Shown here piece by piece: positions 1 through 12,789 of a DNA stretch of 64,000 nt; within the stretch, counting starts at the first letter, position 1, and each line of letters opens with the position of its first letter. The position numbers and the translations under genes are program-made. Source of the stretch: Eledone cirrhosa. Lineage: Eukaryota. The notes beneath the pieces were generated by a model. That model was not told the origin of the DNA and did no database searches. It was given only the letters and a program-made list of their open reading frames with translations. The stretch lies in assembly GCA_964016885.1 (NCBI GenBank), contig OZ024745.1:96224001-96288000 (forward strand), read 5' to 3'.

Positions 1-209
1 GTCAACTGTTAAGACTGTCAGGCTAAACTAGAAGTGACAATCTGTAAAGAAAGAAAGAAAAGAAAGGAAACTAAGAAGTGGTAAAGCTGTTAGTATTAAT
101 GTTTTATTGTGAATACTGGATATTATAAATAGAATGCAGGCATAGTTGAATGGTTAAGGTTACTTCACATACACAACATTCTAGATTTGATGCAGTGTGA
201 CATCTAGAT

Positions 210-388
210 CGGACATGTCAAACATGCGGCCCACACAAAGGTTTTTACAACACAAGCATGTTTTATCTTCGTAATATAAAATTTTAAAAATTAGTTGTAA
301 TGTGTTCAATTAGTTGTCATGTGTGGCCCTCAGACAACACATATGTGACCTATGTGGCCCTTGGTGGACCCTCAGTTTGACATGACTG
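210..388. mobile_element. hAT-like MITE
   Basis: Imperfect TIRs cggacatgtcaaac / gtttgacatgactg; 8-bp flanks atctagat (202-209) and atctagcg (389-396) resemble a hAT TSD. Confidence 0.6.
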
Positions 389-704
389 ATCTAGCGTCTT
401 GTCTTTTACCATAGCCTTCATTTAACTCAGGCCTTCAGTGAAAATTGGTAGATGGAAACTATGTGGAAGTCTATTAGATGGACTGTACATGTAATCCAAA
501 GGTCTTGTCTGTCACATTGCATTATGTTGATTCTTTTGGAGAATTACTTCAAGGGTAAATATGTTTGTGAAATACTTAACCACTTACTTGCTAATTTAAT
601 GAGTAGGTAGTTCAGTTTGGTTGAACAACTGGGTGTTCATATGTCCATCATATTGTATGTCACTGAATGTTAATTTTGTGTGCCAGCATGTGATTAGGTA
701 TATT

Positions 705-928
705 TAACCCTTTAGCATTTACATTATATCTATATTTGCTATAGTATTTTCATGGTAAAGGCTTTATCTCATATAATTATCTCACATAATATCGAATGAG
801 ATTTTGATATTACTTATTTTAAGAACCATATCTTAACATCAGCATAAGCAGCTGGTTACAACCGGTTTGAATAGAAAGGGGTGAGAGAATTCTGGCTGGG
901 TACAGCTGGTTTAAATGCTAAAGGGTTA
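705..928. mobile_element. piggyBac-type MITE (~220 bp family)
   Basis: TTAA-ccctttagcattt ... aaatgctaaaggg-TTAA termini; same family at about 35042-35256, 36790-36993, 38084-38271, 38428-38655, 53794-54022 and 57596-57822. Confidence 0.75.
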
Positions 929-1682
929 AGGTGACTATCAGTTCCACAATCATCATCAGTTTTATGTCAACTTTTCCATGATGGCAGGGATTGGATGGGG
1001 ATTTTTGAAGTATTGTTTCACAGCTAGATGCTCTCCCTGACACATACCCTTTTAGTTCCTTCTTACAACAATGTACCTATTCTAAAATGGATACACATGG
1101 CCATGGCCTATGAGAGGGGGGTCAAGTCGGTATATTGTTACGGAGCCCAAGAGCTAAGAAGGCCCACATCAACCATGAAACTTCCATTTAGAGGATAATT
1201 ATTGCCTGCTTTGGGCCCCAAAGCGGTCTTGTACCGCCTAGCAAAATTTTTTTTGGAAGCCCTGCACATGGCCATATAGAATATAAATGATCACATGTGA
1301 ACATAACAATATTTGGATAAACTCTGGAGTTGTGTAATGGATGGTTTAAACAAAATGAGATTAGGGGTGCTCTTTATTTATTGAGAAATGACTGAATTAT
1401 TTTTAACCTGACTATTACGATTCTTGTATAATTTCTCGTGTAGACAGGTTAGAAAGTCCTTTTTCTTTGATGGCACGCTAGATCTGAGCACCCTTTACTA
1501 TGTCCTATTCCAGAAATTAATGAATATGGTATAAAAAGGAAGGGGTGTCATACCAACAAAATTAGATACAATCCGAGTGTTACAGGCTAGAGAATCATCA
1601 TCGTTTTTATGTCTGCTTTTCCACGCTTGCAGGAGTTGGAAGAATATAAGAAACTTAATGGCTAGTAGAAACCAGCTAGGTG

Positions 1683-3702
1683 CATAGCTCTGTCTTCCAA
1701 CCATACAGAGGCACATAGCTCTGTCTTCCTACCCTACAGTGGCACACAGCTCTGTCTTCCTACCCTACAGTGGCACACAGCTCTGTCTTCCAACCCTACA
1801 GTAGCACACAGCTCTGCCTTCCTACCATACAGAGGCACACAGCTCTGCCTTCCAACCCTACAGAGGCACACAGCTCTGCCTTCCAACCCTACAGAGGCAC
1901 ACATATCTGCCTTCCAACCCTACAGAGGCACACAGCTCTGCCTTCCAACCCTACAGAGGCACACAGCTCTGCCTTCCAACCCTACAGGGGCACACAGATC
2001 TGTCTTCCAACCCTACAGGGGCACACAGATCTGCCTTCCAACCCTACAGGGGCACACAGATCTGCCTTCCAACCATACAGAGGTACACAGATCTGCCTTC
2101 CAACCCTACAGGGGCACACAGATCTGCCTTCCAACCATACAGAGGCACACAGATCTGCCTTCCAACCATACAGAGGCACACAGATCTGTCTTCCTACCAT
2201 ACAGAGGCACATAACTGTCTTCCAACCCTACAGTGGCACACAGATCTGCCTTCCAACCCTACAGTGGCACACATATCTGCCTTACAACCATACAGAGGCA
2301 TACAGATCTGCCTTCCAACCACACAGAGGCACACAGATCTGCCTTCCAACCCTACAGAGGCACACAGCTCTGCCTTCCAACCCTACAGAGGCACACAGCT
2401 CTGCCTTACAACCATACAGAGGCACACAGCTCTGCCTTCCAACCCTACAGTGGCACACAGATCTGCCTTCCAACCCTACAGAGGCACACAGCTCTGCCTT
2501 CCAACCCTACAGAGGCACACAGCTCTGCCTTACAACCATACAGAGGCACACAGATCTGCCTTCCAACCCTACAGAGGCACACAGCTCTGCCTTCCAACCA
2601 TACAGTGGCACACAGACCTGCCTTCCAACCCTACAGGGGCACACAGATCTGCCTTCCAACCCTACAGGGGCACACAGATCTGCCTTCCAACCCTACAGGG
2701 GCACACAGATCTGCCTTCCAACCCTACAGAGGCACACAGATCTGCCTTCCAACCCTACAGTGGCACACAGCTCTGCCTTCCAACCCTACAGTGGCACACA
2801 GATCTGTCTTCCAACCCTACAGAGGCACACAGATCTGCCTTCCAACCCTACAGTGGCACACAGATCTGCCTTCCAACCCTACAGTGGCACACAGATCTGC
2901 CTTCCAACCCTACAGGGGCACACAGATCTGCCTTCCAACCCTACAGGGGCACACAGATCTGCCTTCCAACCCTACAGAGGCACACAGCTCTGCCTTCCAA
3001 CCCTACAGAGGCCCACAGATCTGCCTTCCAACCCTACAGTGGCACACAGCTCTGCCTTCCAACCCTACAGTGGCACACAGATCTGTCTTCCAACCCTACA
3101 GAGGCACACAGATCTGCCTTCCAACCCTACAGTGGCACACAGATCTGCCTTCCAACCCTACAGTGGCACACAGATCTGCCTTCCAACCCTACAGGGGCAC
3201 ACAGATCTGCCTTCCAACCCTACAGGGGCACACAGATCTGCCTTCCAACCCTACAGAGGCACACAGCTCTGCCTTCCAACCCTACAGAGGCACACAGATC
3301 TGCCTTCCAACCCTACAGTGGCACACAGCTCTGCCTTCCAACCCTACAGTGGCACACAGATCTGTCTTCCAACCCTACAGAGGCACACAGATCTGCCTTC
3401 CAACCCTACAGTGGCACACAGATCTGCCTTCCAACCCTACAGGGGCACACAGATCTGCCTTCCAACCCTACAGGGGCACACAGATCTGCCTTCCAACCAT
3501 ACAGAGGTACACAGCTCTGCCTTCCAACCCTACAGTGGCACACAGATCTGTCTTCCAACCATACAGAGGCACACATATCTGCCTTCCTACCCTACAGAGG
3601 TACACAGATCTGTCTTCCAACCCTACAGAGGTACACAGCTCTGTCTTCCAACCCTACAGTGGCACACAGCTCTGCCTTCCAACCCTACAGTGGCACACAG
3701 CT
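1683..3702. repeat. 31-bp minisatellite, about 65 copies
   Basis: Unit close to ctctgccttccaaccctacagaggcacacag; explains the three overlapping repetitive ORFs. Confidence 0.97.
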
Positions 3703-4049
3703 GAATGTTTATATCCTTATGGTTGACTGATACCCTGTGAGGTAATTAATGGCTGTCTCAGAATTCACATTTCACTTAGACTTGGACTTTGTATATGTCA
3801 GTGATACAAAGGCTGTTGTCAGTTTACAGTAGACATTTTCAGACCCCATCTGTTGTTATGCTGCTTCAGCATTGGTCACTTTCCTTGGCAAACCACTCTC
3901 AACAATGTTATCACATGTGACATGGATGGGATACAGCTAGTTTTCTACTGCAGTCAGGACCAGATTTAGAGATGGGAGAGGGTGGGAGCGGATATGGTTT
4001 GGTGGGCCCTTCATATAACAACACACCCACATATATATATATATATGAG

Positions 4050-4340
4050 AGGGATAAATTGTAGTGTGCGAGAGAGGAGACTGCGATGGTATGGACATGT
4101 GATGCGCATGGAGGATGACCAATGGGTGAAGAAGTGCCGAGAAATGCCAGTTAAAGGAAGGCGTAGTAGAGGAAGACCACAAAAAATATGGGCGGAGGTG
4201 GTGAGAGCAGACCTTAGATCACTGAAGCTCACGGTGGAGATGATGAAGGACCGAGACAAGTGGAGAGATGCTGTGCTGAATAGAACCTGTCCCACCCTTG
4301 CAAGCAGGGAAAAGCAGACGTATGATGATGATGATGATGA
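4050..4340 (+). mobile_element. RTE LINE 3' fragment
   Basis: RRLRWYGHVMRMEDDQWVKKC..GRRSRGRP..W C-terminus with a (GAT)n tail; same family as the 3' end at 43860-44146; an inverted 3' tail follows at about 4362-4422. Confidence 0.85.
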
Positions 4341-4606
4341 TGTGTGTGCGTGTATGTGTATATCATCATCCTCATTGTCATCGTTTTAACGTCCGCTTTC
4401 CCTGCTAGCAAGGGGTGGACGTGTCTACATACACCATGTCAGTACTGAAGCAGTGGCTACTGGTCGCCCAAACAAGCCAGGGATATGTTGTCTCACTTAT
4501 GTACAGTGTATGTATATTTATATACACACATCAATTGGTGTCACTAAAGTAGAGAAATTCTGATAAATTGACATCAATTACATTTTTAAAAACATACTGT
4601 CTAAAT

Positions 4607-4900
4607 CAGGCATGGGCAACCTTTTTGGAGAAGCGGGCCGCATGAGATATGGCTCATCATCAGGCGGGCCGCAAGCGTTAATTCACATTCGTGCCCATAT
4701 TTTAAAAAAAGGGCGGTAACTCAGGTTGTTTTGATTTATTTCTTCAGAATTCGTACACGTTGTTTTCCTTGATCGTAAAAAGGATAGAAAGATAAATTAC
4801 GACTGAAAAGTTGGGGTAAAAAAAAATCAGAAAGATTTCACTTAGGTGACTTAGGCGAGCCATTCAGAGTGCTTCGCAGACCGCAGGTTGTCCATGATTG
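4607..4900. mobile_element. hAT-like MITE
   Basis: TIRs caggcatgggcaacc / ggttgtccatgattg; 8-bp TSD gtctaaat / atctaaat. Confidence 0.75.
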
Positions 4901-5726
4901 ATCTAAATGATTAAATTATGTTTATGATCAGGGCCCCATTCTAGCTTTGTTCTTAAAAAGTAGCAGGAGCTCTAGTTGGTGTGTGTGTGGGGGGGGGGGG
5001 GCTTTGTTTGAAGAAGGGGCCAGGATCAGAACATATTTTCCCCGACCACCATGATAAATATAGACCAGATTACAGCCAGAGCCCATGGAGCTTAAGCATG
5101 GAAATGGCATCATGGGCTTTCCCTTCTGAGACACTAAGTTGAAATACAAACAGCAGCAACCTGATAAAAGTGTCATCTGTCTCAGTCTTTGTAGCCCAAC
5201 AGACAGAAGACTGAAAGCTGATTAAATACTGGCTAATGTCTAATAGATTTCTCTTTGAACTTATAGTAGTGAAAACTGCAGCTGCATCTGGTGTCCTGGG
5301 CCACTTTCCCCAGTCAGTTCAAGTAAGATAGTGATTGCCATCCAAAAGAATGGGCCCAGTGAGATGGAATGACTCTTGACACATCCCCCTTGTCATTCTT
5401 CAAAGTGATGTATTTGCTACATTTGTCTGCTGGACCCACAACCCATATTAACACTTCTAATGAAAATTATGTAAAAGCAATTTCTTTGAACAAACAAGTG
5501 AGCAGTCTGTACCGATAGAAATAGCAACCGCATTTCCATCAAATTACACACCACTATCCGGAAAAGTAAGGCACATATTATATAAGAAAAGATACGCAAT
5601 GTCCGAATGAAGGACGCAGTGGTCGTACCTAGAACACCTTTGATCATAGACTACTCAGACCTGGGGCGAAACAACGGCTACTTTCTATGTGAGTTGGTAA
5701 GATTTATAAACATAGTCCAATTTCAT

Positions 5727-6620
5727 AATAACATTACAAATCGTTTGCAATTCTTTCAGAATGAAAATATAAACAGAGCATATAAATAAATTTACAGTAG
5801 CATAACATAACAAATATGTTTTAAATATATACATAAATAACATTACAAATGCTTCGATAACATTATAAAGGATGATTCAATGAAAGATATATTCTTTTAA
5901 TGTTACAATATTAAAGAAAATGTAAAGGAAGGGGTAAACAACCGAGCCAACACCAGATCAAAAGACAGCAACGTCGCGAGGAGTACTGGGCAACCTCTCT
6001 AATGACGTTGAGGCAAGCCAACACACTCGCAGCGTTGCCTCGGCTGATGGCGAGGCTGATGCGCTGAAACAGCCAAGCGCCCTTGCGAGATTCGCCAGTT
6101 ACCTCTATTAGGCGAGCCGCCAGTGAAGAGAGGAACCTCGCAGTCAGCGGCCCGACTCCCCCCAAACGTCTCGAAAGCCACAGGCTGAAAAATGTAGCTG
6201 GCCGACAGATCAGAGTATTTGAGGGTCTTACTCCGCTCGGCTGCGGAAGCTGTGACTCTCGTCCTAACCGCAGCATCCAGGATGTGGGAAAGAGCAAAAG
6301 AGTCACTAACAGTGACGTCCCAGACAAGGCACCTGCCTCTCGACCAAGGGCACAGGGTGAGGCCGTCAGATCTTTTGCCGTCACTTCTGGACAACCTAGA
6401 TGGTTCCAAGACTGAGGGGATATTCGCCCGGGCCAAAGCTCTCTCCAGAATGAGGTTTAGCTCCGTGTGACGCGCGAAGCGGCCGGCATTCAGGCGACAA
6501 GAAAGACCGTGGAGTCGAGGAGTTTGCCGCATCGGCACCTCAAACCCATGCAGACGTCAGCTCCCACTCTGAGGGCGATGGAGACACGAAGTTGGTTCAG
6601 GTTGAGTAGGCCACCAACGT
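5727..6620 (-). mobile_element. 5'-truncated CRE-like non-LTR retrotransposon (RLE domain and 3' UTR)
   Basis: GRFARHTELN..LEPSRLSRSDGKRSDGLTLCPW..WDVT..E..K..KY endonuclease; highly similar to 30790-31690. Confidence 0.9.
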
Positions 6621-6624
6621 CATA

Positions 6625-7010
6625 ATTTCCATAGAGGAATGGCTGTTATTGAAAGTTCTATATCAGCGTAGATCTATGATCAAAAGCGTTTCAATCATGA
6701 CCATCCAGGCATAATCTGTCTAGGACCAGACTCTTCCTTTTTTTATGACTATGAAGCAATTTGAGAGATTTGGCCTTCATTTCTAAACATCCTGCTTTGT
6801 TGTTGTAGACATGAATGACCATCCCGTTTAAAGTAAATTGTTGCTTAGCTCCTAGTCAGCCAAGATCGAGTAGACATTCAATCAAAAGCAATCCAACCCT
6901 GACCAACCCACCTATTTTCCTATATGAATCACACCCCATAAGTTATTTTCTAAGGCAGTAGTGTGTGATTTAAGGGATACTTGACTGCTATTTCTAGCAA
7001 GTTTAGCGAC
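6625..7010 (-). mobile_element. Two decayed SINE/LINE-tail repeats
   Basis: Shared motifs gatcaaaagcgtttcaatcatgaccatcc and gctatttctagca; related copies on plus at about 5515-5675 and 33370-33530. Confidence 0.5.
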
Positions 7011-7326
7011 CGCATACAGATGTCATTGTCGGCACGCTTAAAGTTATTGTCGTGCCCGTAAATTAATGGACCAAACAGCTCTTTTAATAAAGGGATCGAT
7101 TTGTCATGGGTATTTTTCTTCTAATAAACGTACATAACCAGATAATTATATAAAACTTTCCTCGCGGTATTATCTCCTTTAATAAAATACAAATAGAAAT
7201 TTTCCAGGAAAGGGGTGTTTCTGGTATCTATATTGAACGGACTAGCCAGATTTGGAAGCAATGTAATTGAAAATATACAACAGATTACATAAGAATGAAC
7301 AGCTATGCGTGTGTGTTTGTACTAAC

Positions 7327-7416
7327 CTCAGGTACTTGGTCTTCGGTAGCAGAATATCGACGTTGATCATGGTATGCCCCAAGTAAAGGAGCTGTTTCCG
7401 AGCGCCTTCTGTTCAT
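7327..7416 (-). CDS. Probable first coding exon of a gene continuing leftward (MNRRRSETAPLLGAYHDQRRYSATEDQVPE), possibly a lysosomal membrane protein
   Basis: Acceptor ttttag before 7425, ATG at 7416, 30 open codons, donor GAG|gttagt; upstream donor AAG|gtaatt at 7573; ExxxLL motif. Confidence 0.55.
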
Positions 7417-7572
7417 TTCGGATCGCTAAAATTGTTAAGAAACAAGTAGAAAGATAATAATAATAATAGTAGTAGTAAAACGAATTACAAACGATATCAA
7501 ATTGACAACATAAAAATAATCGTATATTCGAGGAGAAATAATAGAAAGATTTATTTCGATTAATAAAATTAC

Positions 7573-7700
7573 CTTTTGCTTCCTTGTAACGTTTTGTAGT
7601 AGTTTTTTTGTTGTTGTTGTTTTAGTTTTGAAGAATTAAGAGATAAGAAAACAATTGATTTGTTTTTATTATTTCGAAGGCTATCACTCCAGCCATATAT
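7573..7700 (-). other. Probable non-coding exon 1 of the same gene
   Basis: Donor aaag|gtaatt at 7573/7572 gives a 147-nt intron to the acceptor at 7426; 5' boundary not determinable. Confidence 0.4.
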
Positions 7701-7900
7701 TTCATTAGCATAATTAAAAATAATAAATAGAAAATAAAAGAAAAATGTTTTCTTTACGAATTCGAACTACTGACAAAGCAATGTTTCAACCGGTGTATTT
7801 GAGAGTGTGTGACAATATTTCCATGAAAATAAACAAGTGGCATCAAGTCGTAATGAGATTGTTGTATCAGATGGTCGTTTGTTGTGTTAATATCTAGGTT

Positions 7901-7940
7901 GTCACATGACGTGCACTGCTTACACTTACTAGTCACATGA
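7901..7940. promoter_or_regulatory. Two CLEAR/M-box-like E-boxes (GTCACATGAC, GTCACATGA)
   Basis: Motifs at 7901-7910 and 7932-7940, just upstream of the putative exon 1. Confidence 0.45.
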
Positions 7941-8871
7941 AAGTATTATCGTTATTACTGAATCATTTATTAACGAATTGACAAATATGTTACGCTGAAA
8001 CTGAGATTCTGCTACTGATCAGTTATCACTCTGGTGTTAGTGGTAGGGGTGAGAAACGGAGATAAACATTAAGATTTGGGTTCCAAATTAATACAGAGTC
8101 AACGAAACGAAATAATCCTATTTTTTAGAAAAACATTATAACCCTATATTGAAACTAGCTTAGTAACAAAAATTATTATTTCTGGCACCGGTAAGGAAAC
8201 AAATTTACATCAACCTACCCACCTTCGTGCGAGGAAAGAAAAATATAATTTCAACGGGATCTGACTTCCGAAGTTAGAGAATAAGAACTATATATTATTA
8301 AATATTTGTAAAAAACTTAGATATTATAAGTGTTTATTACGACACGTTTACACGTTAATTTATGAATCAAATTAAACTGAGACAAGTACTCTTACAATTA
8401 CTACTACTACTGTTTTTAGACATTTCCGGCAATAAATATTTACATATAGTCTTATTTGTCAATGGCTAATGTTTTTAATTCAAGTCTTCTAGAAAAGGTG
8501 CCTTACGTAATTACAGTAAAAAACACAGCTGCCAACGTTGAGTATTCTTTAGTTTCTTTCTAATTGCTTTGAAATTACTGTTTGTGACACATGGTTGTTA
8601 CTCGACTGAGTTTCAAACCCTAACTACTTTAATTCGTTTATTTACTCTTTCTAGGTTTCACTGAACGAAGATCTTGGAAGAAAATGAAAATATTTCGTCT
8701 GATTCACCAGATTCATTGTGTATATACATCTTACAGGTTAGAGTCAAGGCTTAAGACTATGCTGATATATACATTACTAAAACAAAAAGTGGGGAATAAT
8801 AATGAGGGAGAAAGTGAAAGAGAAGGCATACACATTGAATCATATACCACAACAAGGGCGCTGGAGCTTCT

Positions 8872-9075
8872 CTTTCAAGCCAACACGCTGGCAGCGTTGT
8901 AGTGGGTGATAGCGAAGCTAAGGCACTGAATCAACTAAGTACCCTTGCCGGCAACTTCTAATACAACGACAGGGTTGGGAGATAGCGAGGCTAAGGTGCT
9001 AGATCAACCAAGCATCCTTGCGGGCATCACCTGATATCTTGATAAGGTGAGCCGCTAGCGATGACAAGTATCCTT
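8872..9075 (-). mobile_element. Decayed CRE-like RLE C-terminal fragment with an internal duplication
   Basis: QCLSFAITHYNAASVLA matches the family C-terminus QRISLAISRGNAASVLA. Confidence 0.6.
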
Positions 9076-9354
9076 TAAACTTGTGTGCGCGCGTATGTGT
9101 GGTCGATGCAGATAAAAATAGTTTGCCTGTATTTTTTTTATTTTATTTCGTCCGGATTGTGATGCACAGGCCCTCGTCTTTACGATTCAAGACGTAAAAA
9201 GAAGCATAAGAGTCGCTAACTGTGGCGTCCCAGTTGAAACATGTGACTCTTACTCTGGGACAAAAGGTAAGACCAACTGGCCTCTTCCCTTCTACCCTGA
9301 ACAACCCAATTGGCTCTCTTCTATTTCTCCTATTTCAAGTATTGATATCTTCTT

Positions 9355-9525
9355 CGCCCACTTATTCCTGAGTGTCGAGGAGGCAGATTCCTCAAACACT
9401 CCTTCCAGCGGGTCCTGTCAGAAGCAACCGTCTCCAACTGATCCGATCGGATCCCCAAGCGTGACTAGCCAAGCTCTAGGATGTTATCCAACCATCTTGC
9501 TCGGGGTCTACCCCCTGAGTCTCCT
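9355..9525 (-). mobile_element. 3' fragment of a second RTE-like LINE family
   Basis: Reverse complement matches 14640-14805 and 27420-27530 (ggggtagacccc..atggttggata.catc). Confidence 0.6.
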
Positions 9526-9866
9526 AAAATAATGATATAATTCTAGAAAATTGCAAGGGAGGAATGTGATCTAGATGTTTGAGAATCACTAGTTTAAAGG
9601 TTCTATTGGTGAAGTAAAATAACTGAAATTATCTAAATATATAATGAGAGTTCAAATTTTATAATAATTAACACCACAACAAATAATTCTTAATTACATA
9701 AAAAATATCCTCTTTGATTAAAAAAAAATGATCGCAACACAATGTCAAAAAACGAAAACAACAAAAAAATAATGAAAATCTTCCGCGACCATCAAATGAA
9801 TTGATACTAAAATGTTTGACCAAGTGACTGTGACGTTAAACACGGAGATAGCTGTTTAGGTATAAA

Positions 9867-9965
9867 ATTGTGTTCGTTAAAAAAATTGCTTTCCTAGAAT
9901 TGTGTTCGTTAAAAAATTGCTTTCCTAGAATTGTGTTCGTTAAAAAATTGCTTTTCTAGAATTGT
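9867..9965. repeat. About 31-bp tandem repeat, 3 copies
   Basis: aattgtgttcgttaaaaaattgctttcctag repeated. Confidence 0.85.
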
Positions 9966-10492
9966 TCTGATGCGCCAATTATTATTTTCTATTTTTGTAT
10001 CTTTAACATTTCTGTTTAAATAAAAAACAAAAATCCACATCATTAATTCGATTTTATTGAACGGAATAGGAGGTTTTTTTTTTATATGATTGGTGGGACG
10101 TTGGTTCTTTAAATGTTTGTTTTTCTTTTTGTCTTATCGAAACTTTCTTTGAATTTCTTCACAAGGTGGTAGTGTCGGTGGGGTAAAAGTTCGTTAGAAG
10201 AATCATGATTTATGTTTCAAATGTAGGAATCCGAAGAAATTTTCTGGGGAACAAAAGGCAGTTAGGGATCTGAAATTTCGCTATTATACACACACACACA
10301 CACAATAATAATAATAAAGATACTATTTATAGTTATGTATATACTACATTATAAATAACTATAAACAGGAAAGGTCAGTAATTTATTACTACCTTATTAC
10401 CAGTAAGAGAAATAGCTCAATGTAAGAACATCAGGTGTTTTTCAGAGCAGGAATATAAATTACACAAGTATCAAAGTTATGTTCAAATCATT

Positions 10493-10546
10493 TAATCGCT
10501 GACAATTGTTTCTTCCAAACTATAGTTTGGAATCATCAGAGCATTA
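10493..10546 (-). ncRNA. Type I hammerhead ribozyme with intact core
   Basis: Minus strand: taatgct-CUGAUGA-ttccaaactatagtttggaa-GAAAC-aatt-GUC-agcgatta; stems I, II and palindromic III all pair. Confidence 0.8.
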
Positions 10547-11008
10547 TCAATGTTTGTACATATAATTAACCTCCTATTCAACTGAAGAATCATATAGATA
10601 CATCTATATTGACGTTGTGAACAACAGTTTAGTATATATATAGGGTGTAATGGATGCGACATATACGAGAATTGTACAATAATTCAAATTCAAATTAAAA
10701 GCACAGAGTGGAATACATGCGACAGATAATACAATAGAATAGTCTAATAATTAAAGAGGCGGTAGTAGCGTTTAAGCAGGCGATAGATAGAGCCAACAAT
10801 CCAAGTAGACCACGGTTGGGATTGAACTTAAAAGGCAAGGAACCAGAACAAATACCGCAAGGCTTTAGTCCGACGGTTTAGCGCTTTAGACAGTTTACCG
10901 CAATATATGATGAAATAACGATTCCATATCGAAAGGAATAGAACGTTTAATCTTGGTGCTGCTTCCATTTATTGAAATATACATGGTAAAATGAAACAAA
11001 CCTATTTT

Positions 11009-11547
11009 GGTTATCTTGTAGTTGCCCGCGTTAAATTTTTTTTATTGTGTTTTTTAATTAAGTAAGAAAGTTATTAATTAAATTTTAAATTATTTAATTT
11101 TTTTTTGTTGATTTTTGTTAAATTAAAAAAAAAATAATTTTAAGAAAAGTAAATAAGAAACAAATTTTATTTTGATTTTTGTAACCATCGTTACAACTTT
11201 GTGGACCCCAAGAACCCCACAATCCACACAAACCGTGTGGAAGGCAACTGGGGGCTTTGCAAAGTCAAATTCCGTGCCACGAGAGGAACAAACGAGGCAC
11301 TTTTCAGCACCCACCTTCAGGAGTTCCTTTGGCGCAGTGCTATTAAAAAAAAATCTTCCGCAATATTCTATATTGGATACAACATTATTATGATGTATAA
11401 TAGACACTTTGGAATATTATAATTTATGTTTAAAAATAATAATAATGAAAAATTTAACAAAAATTAAATAATTTAAAATTTAATTAATAACAACTTTCTT
11501 ACATAAAAACAAAAAAATAATTTAACGCGGGCAACTACAAGAAAACC
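11009..11547 (+). mobile_element. Non-autonomous Merlin (ISXO2/IS1595-like) DNA transposon
   Basis: Long TIRs beginning ggttatcttgtagttgcccgcgttaaatt; perfect 8-bp TSD cctatttt (11001-11008, 11548-11555); remnant NFVDPKNPTIHTNRVEGNW..HLQEFLWR. Confidence 0.88.
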
Positions 11548-12262
11548 CCTATTTTAAGGAAAAAAGGAACTTCAAGGAAATGCAGGAAGCATGGAATATA
11601 TCTAAGCAGAAATACCTACTTCCTCTTAATGCGTGCCCGTTTATCAGATGCAGAAATTTTTGACAAGCGGCGAATTTCTGTTTTTCTTTAATTAATCAAT
11701 CGGATACAGAATAACTTTTGTTGTCTTTATCAATCTGATGCGATCGATACGGTTGATGTTCAGGAAATTATGATCTATGAGATGAGGAGAGACAGTTGCC
11801 TTTCATCCTTACGGGGTCGATAAAATAAAGCACCAGTAATGCACTGGGTCGATTTAATCTTCTTTCCTCTCCCCTTCAAATTGCTGGCCTTGTACTTAAA
11901 GTAGAAACAATTATTATTTTGATGAAAGCCACATGAGAACGACTATGGTTTTTCTGAAAGGAAGAGTAAAGTGACTCATCATTGCAATTCCGCATAACCC
12001 CAAATAATTAGTTACACTTCGTTTCGGCAAAACCATGTCGAGATTTTACTTCTTTTTTTTTTGTAGCGTTAGAGTTACTTCCCTTATATTGCTTGACTTT
12101 ATATTATTTAGAAGAAAAAATAGTTTACTTGTGCTATTTCATCAGTGCTCGACTTACCTATAAGCTATAGCTTAGGGCCACATACCCTCGAGAGACTCAT
12201 TTAAAAAAATATATTTCTATTTTACCATTAGTTTCTATTCTTTAACATTAAATCATTAAAAA

Positions 12263-12319
<57 letters not shown>

Positions 12320-12325
<6 letters not shown>

Positions 12326-12445
12326 TAACAAAGAGGGTGTGGTAAGATACCAGGTGGACCATAACGCACCAGAATACTCAATATTTAGGGTAGTAGAGAG
12401 GGTAATAGGAAAAGAGTCAGGACCCCGACGTTTCGACAGCAAGAC
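12320..12445 (-). mobile_element. Microsatellite-anchored Penelope pLTR-like repeat
   Basis: Same sequence as 19022-19150 and 21960-22050; always abuts (TA)n; begins with gctgtCGAAACgtc, a hammerhead 3' half. Confidence 0.55.
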
Positions 12446-12789
12446 CCGAAGTTCATATTCACTAATGGATGGAACCAGCATTCTACAATTATGACAAAAT
12501 TTGAGCCTTTTTACAGTTTTCTTATAATAAATTTTCAAAGAACAAAAGTATCTGCTAATAAATGAAATCAGCATTCTACAGCTATGTCAAAGGTTGAGCT
12601 CTTTTTGTAGTTTTCTTGAAATAAAATCAAAATCAAATGAACGAGATATATCAGAAACCATCGTCTCAATGGAAGTACAATGAAACAGTCCACTTTATCA
12701 AATGTTATCTGCTGACAGTTTATAGGTTGTTTGCAGAAGATATAGTTTTATTGGGGAGGGGGGGGGTTTATTGGTGATGCACTATTGTG

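Noticed and set aside
1-60. Acceptor-like site (tttctttacag) on the minus strand as the next exon of the 7.3-kb gene
   Set aside because: All three frames reach a stop within 8 codons, so it cannot be supported as coding
1770-3730. ORFs of 644, 497 and 488 aa
   Set aside because: Translations of a 31-bp minisatellite; non-ATG starts and no domain content
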